NCBI GenBank assembly: GCA_900088475.1
Contig: FLMG01001160.1
Coordinates: 1-64,000, forward strand
Source: Hyphochytrium catenoides
Lineage: Eukaryota > Protista > Hyphochytriomycota
Direction of reading: 5' to 3'
DNA length: 64,000 nucleotides
The translations under genes were made by a program, and so were the position numbers. Shown here in pieces: positions 50,101 through 64,000 of this stretch. Position 1 is the stretch's first letter; every line of letters starts with the position of its first letter. Under the pieces are notes generated by a model. The model was given only the letters and a program-made list of their open reading frames with translations, was not told where the DNA came from and did not search any database.

Positions 50101-50980
50101 GAAGTCCGGGTGGAACGCTTGGGAACGGTTTGCCAGTCGGAGTTTCTAGAGCTTTGGGCTCCCCGATTCGGGGACTTTGTTCAACCTTTGCGCTGTCGCT
50201 GCTCCAGTCCGGAGCAGCTTCACCCCGGCCAAATAGATCCCAGCCTCCCCAGGCCCCATACTTTGCTGCAGATATATTCTCATCTGAGCTAATCGCGAGC
50301 TCCTTTGATAACTCCGCAGCCAGATCGTCGGGGAAGTCGTCAGCGTTATTGCTCGAACGGTCGGGTTGCGGAGCGCTGGCGCCAAAAGCGTTGGCTATAA
50401 GAGTCACGCGTAAGTGCTAAAGAATCTCAGCATTCTTAATATATATGAAAGTAGTAGCGCGAAACTTGACCAACGGGAGCGATGACATAAAGTTTAATCT
50501 ATGCGAATAAAGTACCAGATACTCACATTCGTTTGGAGAGGGAATCTTAGGAGATGGGGCTAGCACGACACCATGAAGGCCAGTGATGCTACCGTCGTCC
50601 CTGTGTTTCTTCATAGCACCCTGGTAAAAGTGGTACAAAATATTTAGATTACCATTTTCTCGTCTACAGCACCTAGAACTTACCTGCTTGTGCATGTCTA
50701 AATGGCATGGGGAGCAGAAGCTCATCTCACAAGACGAACAATGCACCACTGCTTGCCTTTCACCGCAGTCTTCGCACGTTGTCATCTCCTCCACTGCATG
50801 TCTTGTGAATGCTCCCTATAAAAAGTCTAGATTGAGATCAAACTCTTTCTCATACTTGTTGAGATTTCTAACCTTGCTGTGCCGCTTCTCCGCACAAGGA
50901 GTGCAATACTGGAGCTCACATTCTTTGCAGTACTTGGTGCTGTCTTTCCCACATTTCGAGCATTTGGCTTCAAGTTCCAT
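47138..50980 (-). CDS. Mei2-like RNA-binding protein (three RRMs) with two N-terminal B-box-type zinc fingers and a C-terminal (GYGS)n tail
   Basis: Mei2 RRM3: [61 protein letters not shown]. RRM1 and RRM2 at about 49830-49330. B-boxes CSKCGKDSTKYCKECELQYCTPCAEKRH and CEDCGERQAVVHCSSCEMSFCSPCHLDMH. Confidence 0.85.
47150..47270 (-). repeat. 12-bp coding tandem repeat encoding (G-Y-G-S)n
   Basis: Plus-strand units resembling CCGTAACCAGAA. The minus strand translates as SGYGSGYGSGYGSGYGSGYGSGSDCGSDFGSGYGSGYGS. Confidence 0.85.
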
Positions 50981-52754
50981 CCTTCAAGATTACCAGGGAG
51001 CGAAATCTAAAAGAGTTCTCTCAAACTACGCATCCGCCCATAGCCAGTTCTTGTTCAATGAGAGGATCTACCCGAACAACCTTCCAGTGTGAAAGACGGA
51101 CGAGTCAAGATCTGCAAGTGAGTGTTGATAGTGCCGGTGACAACGAGAACCTCACTGGACAGGTGAATCTAAGATCGCCTCAATCCACTACCCTGTAGCG
51201 ATCTTCGACCGCATGTCAGTCGCCACTCCTGCCAGTAAACTCTAATGAGGGCATGCACGAAATGAACGGATGAACAGTGCTGTCTTGCTGATGCAGCTCC
51301 GCGCAAGTTCTTCAACTAGGGGAAGAGATGCAAGGACCACGGCTCATCCGCATCTCCTGCGAGACGCATGGGTCACAAGCAGAGGAGAGAGGACAAAGTG
51401 GGCAGATAGGGCAAAGGGAGCATAAGAGGGGGCTCCATACAGTTGCTCTTCTTCCCTCTCCAGCGAGCGATTATTGTTGTTGTCCCGCGATCACAGTCTT
51501 CATGTAAGTGCCGATGTTACTACTTGGACAAGTACCTGCTGTACTTATGCAGCAAGAAAGAATCCTTTTTCTTAGGGTGGCTACTTATGTAAGGTAAGAC
51601 TTGTCCTTAGAAGATTTATCTACACCGTTCCTGCAATTGCTTTGCTTCTAGCCGTTCGGTGTAGTTGTACTGGGTTACACAGAAGGCATCCATACAGAAT
51701 GAGTGTTGTCCGTTAGCGGCGATCTACAAGATCTGCGGCAATTGCGAGCCCGGCGACGGCTGATGTTGATGTGCTGCCAAGACTTCCTTTCCTGGGTCTT
51801 CACGGTGACTCCCGACTTCGTGGTCGGTTGATCTTCTTTTTTATTTATCTGCAGAGGTCGGCAGCCTGCAGCACCCCAATTTCTACGATCAACAGCTAGA
51901 CGATGAGGAAGGCAGCGAGATAGCGAAGTATAGTCCTCTTGACGCAGAGAGCTCGAGCATCATACTGGTTTCACTCATCCACGATGCCCACACCCATTTC
52001 GACCATTACCGCAGTTCGCCACATACTATGTTCACATGCGAATCATCGCTTGCTTAGATACGGGTTAGAGTAGAAGTATATTACATATTAGAAGGCGAGG
52101 TCCTTGTCGTCATGGTGTGTGAATAGCGGTTTGGCCTGACTCGGGATGTAGAACATCTTTGCCTTCTGCAACTTTTGAGTCTACCGATCGCAAGGAACGC
52201 CAGAGTTATCAAGTGATAATGGTACGTGCTATATATATTGTACTGTGCTACATATATAGATATATGCCTTTGTGGGATATCCAAGGCTGATCAGATGCTT
52301 ACTGGCTGCTGCTATTATCTTCCGTGATGCAAAGCCTAACAACGAGGACCAGTTGATCAGGATCCCTTGAGACATCAATCTCCGCCCCATTTGTAGCTCT
52401 AACCTGGGGTAGCACCGCCTCTTATGCCGATGGGGAGTTCGTTAAAGCAGGTCTAAGTATATTAGTACGGAGCGGTTCAAGGTTCCCGATTTGAAGCCTC
52501 TCCGTTGTTCCATAAACCACTCCTAAGAGTCTGCACACCTAAATTACTTGATGGGACCATCTTCTATCCGCCCAAGTCATCATTGAAGACAGGCACTCAC
52601 TTTTGATCCCGAATTATGAGATATTAACAAGTACGGTTGTATGGCCGGCGAGGAGGCTGGTATTACTTTTTAAGGCTATCGAACGCGAATCAGTACCGCA
52701 GGTCGCTTACCTTAAAAGAGACACGTAGAACCTAGTTTCTGGTCTTGATTAGAG

Positions 52755-53438
52755 GAACGAGACGCGGGACTACTACCAGTGAAGCAGTCCTCCCCAACGC
52801 CTTTGTGTTTCCTCATTGGAGAAGCGATGTATCAACAGCACAGCCCGTCCACCCTAGCGACTGCTAAAGCACATGATGGTGCAGTCGAGTTGGTCGCCAC
52901 TAACTTGCCTCGTTGGATTACATGTGAACCTACAGTAGGCTGCCTATTACTGATTGAGAGACCTCCAAAAGCCTGACGAAGGTCCGTCAGATGGATGGAG
53001 AGTGGTTGGGGAAAGACCTAGATTTAGGTTGAGACATCTCCCTTGCCGAACGCGTGGGAGAGTCAGTTAAATGCGCCACTTCGCTATCGGATAAATATGA
53101 ACGAGACGCGGGACTACTACCAGGGAAGCAGTCCTCCCCAACGCCTTTGTGTTTCCTCATCGGAGAAGCGATGTATCAGCACAGCCCGTCCACCCTAGCG
53201 ACTGCTAAAGCACATGATGGTGCAGTCGAGTTGGTCGCCACTAACTTGCCTCGTTGGTTTACATGTGAACCTACAGTAGGCTGCCTATTACTGATTGAGA
53301 GACCTCCAAAAGCCTGACGAAGGTCCGTCAGATGGATAGAGAGTAGTTGGGCAAAGACCTAGATTTAGGTTGAGACATCTCCCTTGCCGAACGCGTGGGA
53401 GAGTCAGTAGGATGCGCCACTTCGCCATCGGATAAATA
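52755..53438. repeat. Near-identical tandem direct duplication of a ~344-bp unit
   Basis: GAACGAGACGCGGGACTACTACCAG starts at 52755 and 53099. Both copies end ...ATCGGATAAATA. They differ by a few substitutions and a 3-nt indel. Confidence 0.95.
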
Positions 53439-53599
53439 CTTTGCTTGGCGTTAAATAACGAATAAAATATGTGGACCAGGAGAGTAAGGCGCCTTGTCTG
53501 GCCATGGTATCGGGGGTTTAATCGTCCATTCTTGGCATTGAACTTGGCACTGAAGTCCGTATGAAGCGAGCTCAGCTATCTGTTACCAAAGCAGATAGC

Positions 53600-56600
<3,001 letters not shown>

Positions 56601-57885
56601 AAACACCGAACAATAACCGCTATATCAAGCCATTGTCCTCGGTCTTCTTGTTCTTGGTCCATGTATATGTGGCTTATGTCCAAGTAGGTGGTAGTCAGTA
56701 AGAACGACGGACTGAGTACCGTCAATATCTAGATGACCTTAAGCAGGCGTGCGCGGCAGCTGGTTGTGCACTGACTCCGGGTACCCGACACTGAGCAAAG
56801 GCGCACACACATCTCTGCTTCCTCGAGAGACTGGCACGAACAGACATCAGCGCAACACTCCTTCTGTAGAACGCCACTTTCCGCAATGATCTTCAGGAGA
56901 ATAGGAAGCTCATAGAGACATTGTTGTCGGACTGGTCCTCTACCTGGTCTGACGACCGGCGGCCAAAAAGGAAAGAGATGACCGCGAAGAAGAAGAATGA
57001 CATCATCAGCTAACATCAGCGATGATCCTTCTTGCCTCCTTGTGTTTTTCCCCTTCTTCCTCTCCTGTAAGCCCTCTCTTATATTTAGCGATGTAACCTG
57101 TAAACGACAGTGTCTGTCAATGGGGTTTCCTCCGTGGTAATATACAAACCCGGTACAGTCTATGATGTTTAACCTTGCCTGTAATAATACGCTGGAGGAG
57201 GAGTGTAGTTAGTTGCCCAGGTTGAAGTGTTTCCCTCCCAAACGCCTCTTTACTCTTAGAAGCATCCAATGTTGAGCAGGGCTGTTCAGGGTTCTGAAGT
57301 CGAGGGTTGGGAGGCTAATAACGCCTTCATCATTAGGTTCCTTATGATGATTGATAGGGCATCACAAGGGGCGATGGCTAGCTTTCACAGATTTCCCAGT
57401 CAACTTCGTAGAGATCCGCTTGTTTGACTGACATCTGCAGACCCCAGTGGCAGAACCTGCGGCTTTCACAGTTTCAAGTAAGGCTTTACCCATTGCAGAT
57501 TTCTCTTAGTGCTTCATTGATAGGGTGTGATAGGGAAATCTTACCACTGGCGGCAGAGGCAGGCTCGCTAGGGCTAGCTCGTTCTGAAGTTTACCTCCGA
57601 CTATTCAGTTCAGGGAATGCTCTTTCAGCCACTCCTTTTGTAAAGAGATGTGTTCTCTCGTCATTGGCTTGTCGGGAGGTGTGCAGCGTCTGCTAGTTCT
57701 AGATGTCTAGGAAGAGTTGGGTTATTCTAGGTAACATGAAGAGTAGGCCGGTACCGGAGATGGAGTGAAGACTCAAGAACTGAGAGTGTGTACTGGTGTA
57801 CCATTCAGCAACCGAGGACAGACCATTCAAGAGAGAGAGTTGGTCCGAAGGAGGTCTTCGACACCAACAAGAGTACTAAGCGGAG

Positions 57886-58589
57886 ATGTCGCCAACAGCT
57901 GTCAGCTACGATGACTGGGCTGACGTCAGAGACACGATTGGCAGGTATTTGGAGCTGACTCTCTCCATGTGAGTATCTTCACCAATGATGACAGCAGTGG
58001 TGACACCTCTCTAGATTCTCTGCCGGCCGAGACCTTAAAGAACCAAAAGAAGAGATACTATTGGTACTCTTCGCACAAAAGTGGTTCAGTCCAGCGTCGT
58101 CCGCGGCAAGGGTGTTACATGAGGTCGGTGGAGGAAAATGGTTGATGTGTTGCGGAAGTGAGTCTGGATATATAACCAACCTCTATCTTCAGATTCGGAG
58201 CGAGCGCAAGGCTCTAGGAGTTAGGATAATGCTGGTGGACATGGAAATGGTTGGAAAGGAGCGGTTTGACGTCGGAGTTTTCTCGACGCCAACAATAATA
58301 ATGTTTGCCGATGGAAGAAAGATCACAGGTAGTTCTCTTGTTATGTCGTCTAAAGGTGTTGGAATACTCACTGCTTCTCAACTTTAACCAGTACGACGAC
58401 CGGACTGGGTTGATGATACCAAACGTAAGGTCATTGCTAGTACCTATCTCCCACTCTTGTGGCCGCCCTCGACTGACTCACTCTATCATAGTCGTAGGGC
58501 CATTCGATAGAAAGGATGCATTATCACTCATCAAAGAGGCTCAGCGGTCCGTAGGCGACAGGACCTATCTCTGCATCTGTGATTTCTGA
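57886..58589 (+). CDS. Thioredoxin-fold protein lacking CxxC, multi-exon
   Basis: Spliced ILLVLFAQKWFSPASSAARVLHE|IRSE..RIMLVDMEMVGKERFDVGVFSTPTIIMFADGRKIT..GPFDRKDALSLIKEA matches the Trx pattern, with WFSPA at the WCxPC position and a TPT cis-Pro motif. Confidence 0.55.
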
Positions 58590-58602
58590 GTAATTATCCC
58601 GA

Positions 58603-61589
58603 TCATATTGGTACGTTGCTCGGATGGAAGGGAAATGTCTCTTTCACTGCGGCTACACTCCCACTAGCAGGAGCAAATTTGGTCTGGCTGGCAACATCCT
58701 GCTTGAAGTCTAGTGGCTTGCTCTCAATCTCTAGACGGATCTCGGTGTCTAGTCTTCGTAGAACTTCATGGAAGGATGGTCGTTTCGATGGGTCGGCTTG
58801 AACACAATCGTCAATCAACTTCCGCAGCATTGGGGTACAGCTAGATTCAATGGTTGGTCGCAGCCCTTTATATGCTACCTGCATTCAGCGATTGATGATC
58901 AGTAAATGTCGTTGGTTCAGCGTATTTAACGTACCTCGTGGATCACGGCTGTTGGTGCTAGCTTTTCTCCATGTTTAAACGCATCATGATACGGCATCCT
59001 CCTGGTCTCCATCTCCCCCAACACTGCAAATGTAGAGTAATTATTGCGGTTTGGTTCAACTCCCTTCTGACAGTGAACGTACCTATTCCAAAACTATATA
59101 CATCCACCTTCTCATCGTACTGCACGAAGCGGATCAGATCATCGCATCAGAATCTTAAAAAGTAGTTCGCTTACCCGGCTTTGAGTGATCATCTCTGGAG
59201 CTTGCCTGTAGCGAGTCAAATGTAAGTTTACCGTCGCCTCCGAGGTCGGCTCTTCAAAATACCTACCAATAAGGAGTGCCTACACCAGTCATCGTCTCGT
59301 CTTTCGCCTTCAGCTTGGACTCTCCAAAATCGGATATCTTACATCCAAAAGTGGCAGATACCAGGATGTTCCTAGACTTTAGATCCCTGAAGGTGACCTC
59401 GTTAGTCATGCAGCTGTGCGACCTATCACTTCAGGTATACTATACCTGTGGATGATTGGACTCTCGCGGGAGTGTAAATATGCCATCCCTGCACCTATCG
59501 TTAGTAACCACAAAGCTTTCACTTAGTTTTTAGAATATGCATCACCTCTGGCGGCATCCTGTGCCATTCTTAGTAAAGGATCTGGCCACTTCAGCGAGAG
59601 ATCCGTTTGGTCCAATACTTTGCGCAGGTCGCTTCTCTCCATGTATTCAATAACGAAGCAGATCTACCATACTTGCAGTTAGAAAGGGCGCAGTCACGTT
59701 GCATCCATTTTCATGGTGCGTACATTGGAGTATGAGTTCCAAGAAGCTCCTATAAACTGTACGCTGCATAACATCGATTAGTGAGAAGCTAGGTGAGCTT
59801 ATACTGTCTATAAGTCTATATCCTCACATGTTAGGGTGCCCTGTAGAAGTGCAGCCAGAAGCAATCGAATGTATGTGGTGAGCCCGTGAAGTATGGAGAA
59901 ACCAGAGAGCGGACTGGGGCTTACGCAAATGCATCATCATCCGGATCTCGTCTGCAAAGTGCTTGATGTTCTCTTCACTAATCTTCGATCGGAGGAGGCG
60001 CTTCACAACAACCTTCGTGCCAACGTACTCGGCCCTGGTAGTTACCCTTAGTGGGATAGGTGGCTTCTATAGCACACGGTCCTCACGTACCTAATTACCT
60101 CACCGAAGCTTGAAGAGGGAGATCGGATGATCAGAGAGCAGAAGTCAGCAATGTGTTACCATATCTGAGACGATGATTATACTTACCCTCCGCTCCCAAT
60201 CAGCTCTTCTAGCCTTAAATCTTCAATAGGAATGTGAGCATTGGCAAGATGCTGTGTAGTCAAGTGTAAGCCTCGCATATATGGCTGGCTATGCTTAGTT
60301 CGCTCTAACCTTCTTGTCCGGTGCCATCAACACTTTCTCTACGATGCTCTTCTCCTGGCTGCTCCAGCTCTCAACCTTCAGATTAGACTCGGCCTCTATC
60401 AGCCTGTAGGCGGAGCAAAGATGATTAGGTAATACTAATATAGGACAACCAATCGCTTACCTCTTCTTCATCTTCTTGTTGTCCAGCTCCAAAACCCTAG
60501 AGAGAAGCCAGGAGGCACGGTTCCGAGAATCTAGCACCCTACTGGCAAAGAAAAGGGTTGCATAACAAGTACAGGCGACAAGAAAGGCCTGAATGAACTT
60601 CTGTTCCTGAAAACGTTCCCAAACCAGGGCCCAACTACTGAGTGTGGTGATCAGCGCAATCACCGCGATCAGAACCACCTTGACAAAGTCCATCCCCGCT
60701 GCCATAGCGAGTAAGACTGCGACAATTGAGAAGTTCCAAGAGGTGAGGAGGAAGATAGAGTTATTCTGGTTTGAATAGACCGAGACTAGCCTCTGTACTG
60801 ATTCTGGAGCTGGCGCGCTCAAACTGGCTTCAATGAAGTCTGTTTGGCGGGCCCGGGTAGCCATTGCTATACTGCTGATCATTAGCACCACGATCAGTAC
60901 TATGCTTGCAAGCACTAGGTGTTTCCAACTCCGTATCATCCTCTCCAGCCATATCGGCGCGACCTGGCCCCTCCCGACAAGGCGCGAGTAGAAGGAGCCC
61001 AGGCCGAGAAACGTTAGCACCAGGGGCAGGTAAGCAAACTCGATGCCCAGCATTGCAATTCTGAGGTCCTTCGCCAGCATTGTGCTGCCATCGGCAGATG
61101 ATTGATAGCCTCCTACAGCTACATTGATAGTCTCAAAGACAACATGTACTAATGCAGGACTGAGTTGTTCTGAACTGGTAATGGTAAGAGGCAGGAGGAG
61201 AGCTTACCAAGAACAGACAGCGAGACGACTCGAAGGCCTCGTCGAAAGTCCTTATAGCTAAAACTATGATATTGCTTTTCGAGCGTCCTGTCCAGAAATC
61301 TGTTTGAAAACCGGTTCTTCGCCTCTTTTGGGAGCTTCTGGTTGACAAGCTGGCGAGTTTTCACGGAATTAATGCCTTCAACCAAGACCGCGGCCTCCAA
61401 GAGGGTAGATTCTGCCTCTTTCGCTACGTCAACGCCCTGTTCCTACGCAGATCATACAATGCTTTTGTTATCGCACTCATCAGTAGAGGTAAGCAGAGTA
61501 TCTTAACTTACGATATTGATCAGACGGTCAGTGGTTCTAGTGACATCACGACGGGATGAACCCACAGACTCGTCTTCAAGCTTCCTCAT
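58603..61589 (-). CDS. TKL-family protein kinase with an N-terminal multi-pass membrane region; start uncertain
   Basis: Kinase motifs LIGSGGFGEVIRAEYVGTKVVVKRL, HPNIVQFIGASW, GMAYLHSRESPIIHRDLKSRNILV, KISDFGESK, TMTGVGTPYWQAPEM and YDEKVDVYSFGI. Several hydrophobic helices at 61250-60500. Confidence 0.88.
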
Positions 61590-62384
61590 AGCGAGAGCTC
61601 TTTGATAAGCCAGAGCTTGCTATGACAGAACGCCAATGAAGTCGATGGCTGAGTGAGTGACAATGCAGACACTGCAATTTTCTTCGACGATCAGCGGCAG
61701 CCCTTACATCACAGCAGGAGGAGGAGGTGAGGCCAGAGGAGGAGGTGCATCTTGGCGAGGTTCTTATCGACACACTACTGGCCGTCTCTTTCTAAGGTCC
61801 CATCATCTGCAACAGCTTCAACTAGCGGTTAGCGGCCCTCAATGCAGTTACAGATCAAGAGCCAGTGGGTAGCCATTACCGACTCTGAGGAAAGCCAAAA
61901 TAGCATGTTCTTTTTTTTATTATTCAGCACTGCAGCTCTCTCGTCTTGGGCCGAGGGAGGTTGTCGCCCGTACAGTGCTCTTTTTGGGCTTCTCAGTCAA
62001 GAGAGGATCCCACGTTATTTGACCCAGAGTGAAGCAGTAAGCGGCGGCAATGCAAGTGAAAGCTCTAAGAGGGACAGCGCTCGGTCCTGAAGGCTGTCCC
62101 GCATGAGATGCACATAGGGTTCTGCTGTACTCCTCCATTCTCAGTCGGATGGCATCCTCTCCTTATAGCAGTTTAACTCATTTAGGTCTGTCGCTTAGCT
62201 GCAAATGTTCCCATCCTAGTAAGAAGATGATGGATATCACTTAGGTCGTGCTGATGTAAAGGTAACGTCTCGTACTGCCTCTGCTTGTACTGGTGGTGTA
62301 AGCTGCATGTGCCCGATAGATCTCTGTTATATACTTCCTAGTCAGCAAAATAATATTGAAACATGCTTTGACTGCGACAAGCGA

Positions 62385-64000
62385 CTATTCGAGTTTACTA
62401 TGGCTTGACATCATCCTAAGGAGTGACCTCGTGCTGGTTGATAGCCGCTGCTTAACATCCGTCACTAGCCGATCGACGTCATTGCGAGATAGATCTGTCT
62501 CCGTCCGCCTAGATGATGAGGAATCTCTGGAGAGTAGGTCCCAGAAGGTTCCTTTAGCATCTCTCAGGTCCGAAAACGTGCCTTCTTCTACAAGCATCCC
62601 GTCTTTGAAGACAAGTATCTTGTCGGCTTCAGCAGTGGTATGCAGTCGATGGGTGACCTGTGATTGAAGCGTATCTTAGCTGTGGGCCTTGAGTATACAT
62701 TATCATCTGACCAGGCAACACGTACCGAGATCAAGGTGATCTTCCTTTCCTTGCAGAGCTTACGCACGGAGGACAGAATCTCGCTCTCGGTCTCAGGGTC
62801 GAGAGCACTAGTTGCCTGGAATGGACAATGATCAGATTCGCATCTTTCTAGAAAACATAAAGGCGGGGATAACTAACCTCGTCGAGTAAAAGTATTGATG
62901 GCTTTCTGCAGAGCGCTCTTGCAAGGCAGATCCGCTGTGCTTGGCCGCCGCTGATACTGACTTTTGCGTGCTGGCCGAGCACTGTGTTGAAGCCCTCATC
63001 CAGAGAGCTCACGAACTTGTCGCATTCCGCCAGCTTTGCAGCCTCAATGCAATCATCGTCCGTCGCAGTCACATTTCCATAACGAATATTCTCGAGAATG
63101 GTTCCGTTAAGTAACATCGTCTCTTGAAAGACGATTCCCACCTGCTTGAGGTAACTCTGATAGTCATAGTCATTCAAAGGGACGTCATCCACCCGGATGA
63201 CGCCTCCATTGGGTTCCCGAAACCTCAGCAAAAGGTTTAGGATTGTGCTCTTTCCGCCACCACTAGTACCACAGACACAAACGAAGGTACCTGCGGGTAC
63301 GAGGAAATTGGCGTGGTTGATGGTGTACTTGCTTTGCAGTGGCTGGTATTTGAAAGTTACGTCCTCAAAGCGGATGCCGGACGTAAGCGGAGCTGATGGC
63401 ATCCTAACAGCTCGAGTTGAATCCTTCATTCCTTGAGTATGAACATTGCTCTGTCGAGCAAGGAGGTTGTCAATCTTTTGCAGGCTTCCGGAGTTACTGA
63501 TTGCCCACCGCATGAAGCCACCGATGTTTGCAACGGGATTGATCATCCCGTTGTATAGCTGCACCATCGCTGTGAAAGAGCCAATGCTGAGGTCACCATC
63601 CGCCGAAGCTAAGGCCAAGGCAGCAGTCAGTAGTGCTATGAACAAGTTCATTCCAGAAGTCACTTCAATCTGAACGATGTTAGACCAAAGCTGACTCTTC
63701 ATAGTTGTTTGACGAAGAAGCTCGCTGCTCTTTTCAAACTTGTTTATAAAGTATGACTGCAATCCGTAAGCTCTGATAGCTTTCTGGCAAGTGATCCCGT
63801 TCTGGAACTCCGCTGCGAGATAGGCATTGTTGGTGACGTAGTCCTTGGACAAATTCGCAGCCTTAACACGTGGACCAACGATGAGGATGACCAGCATGAA
63901 GGATATCCCAACAAAGCCCGCTATCCACTGTCTGTAGAACACGTAGAGAATGGAAAAGATGACGGTGGCCGCGGGATTGATAAGATTCCAGACGATCGAA
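62385..64000 (-). CDS. ABCB-type ABC transporter (TMD + NBD), 5' part outside the window
   Basis: TM helices, then IRFEDVTFKY, Walker A GTSGGGKST, Q-loop IVFQE, signature ISGGQAQRICLARAL, Walker B ILLLDE|ATSALD and H-loop VTHRL. Confidence 0.93.

Noticed and set aside
52970-53030. Hammerhead-ribozyme-like CTGACGA ... GAAA in the 344-bp repeat
   Set aside because: GAAA lies before, not after, the strand that would close stem II (GACCT), and it is changed to GCAAA in the second copy. The topology does not fit.
61590-62400. Possible ABC transporter-TKL kinase fusion (same strand, adjacent)
   Set aside because: The ABC frame stops at 62385, and the splice paths I tried across 62385-61600 hit stops or needed weak sites. 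Treated as two genes unless cDNA shows otherwise.

Overview
Eukaryotic, intron-rich, gene-dense genomic DNA with short GT-AG introns (mostly about 60-130 nt) and three N gaps. The gene content suggests a stramenopile-type protist (inference). About 17 protein-coding genes were reconstructed by manual splicing: two WRKY19-like Cys/His-repeat proteins, a mitochondrial-type Leu/Glu/Phe/Val dehydrogenase, a very large chromatin reader (bromodomain, four PZP modules, zf-4CXXC_R1, ePHD), transportin-3, a DGCR8/Pasha homologue, glycine decarboxylase P, a MAPK with a T-x-H activation loop, an APP1-like phosphatase, a profilin-like protein, a large EF-hand protein, RPA43, a B-box/Mei2 RRM protein, a YAK1 kinase, a CxxC-less thioredoxin-fold protein, a multi-TM TKL kinase and the 3' part of an ABCB transporter. 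The stand-out observation is the DGCR8/Pasha homologue (WW/Rhed-like region plus two dsRBDs). After splicing a 79-nt intron it also shows the C-terminal helix that binds Drosha in animals, which points to an animal-style Microprocessor in a non-animal eukaryote. No rRNA, tRNA, CRISPR array or autonomous mobile element was recognised. Exon boundaries were read by eye, and reference protein motifs are quoted from memory rather than from a database search.
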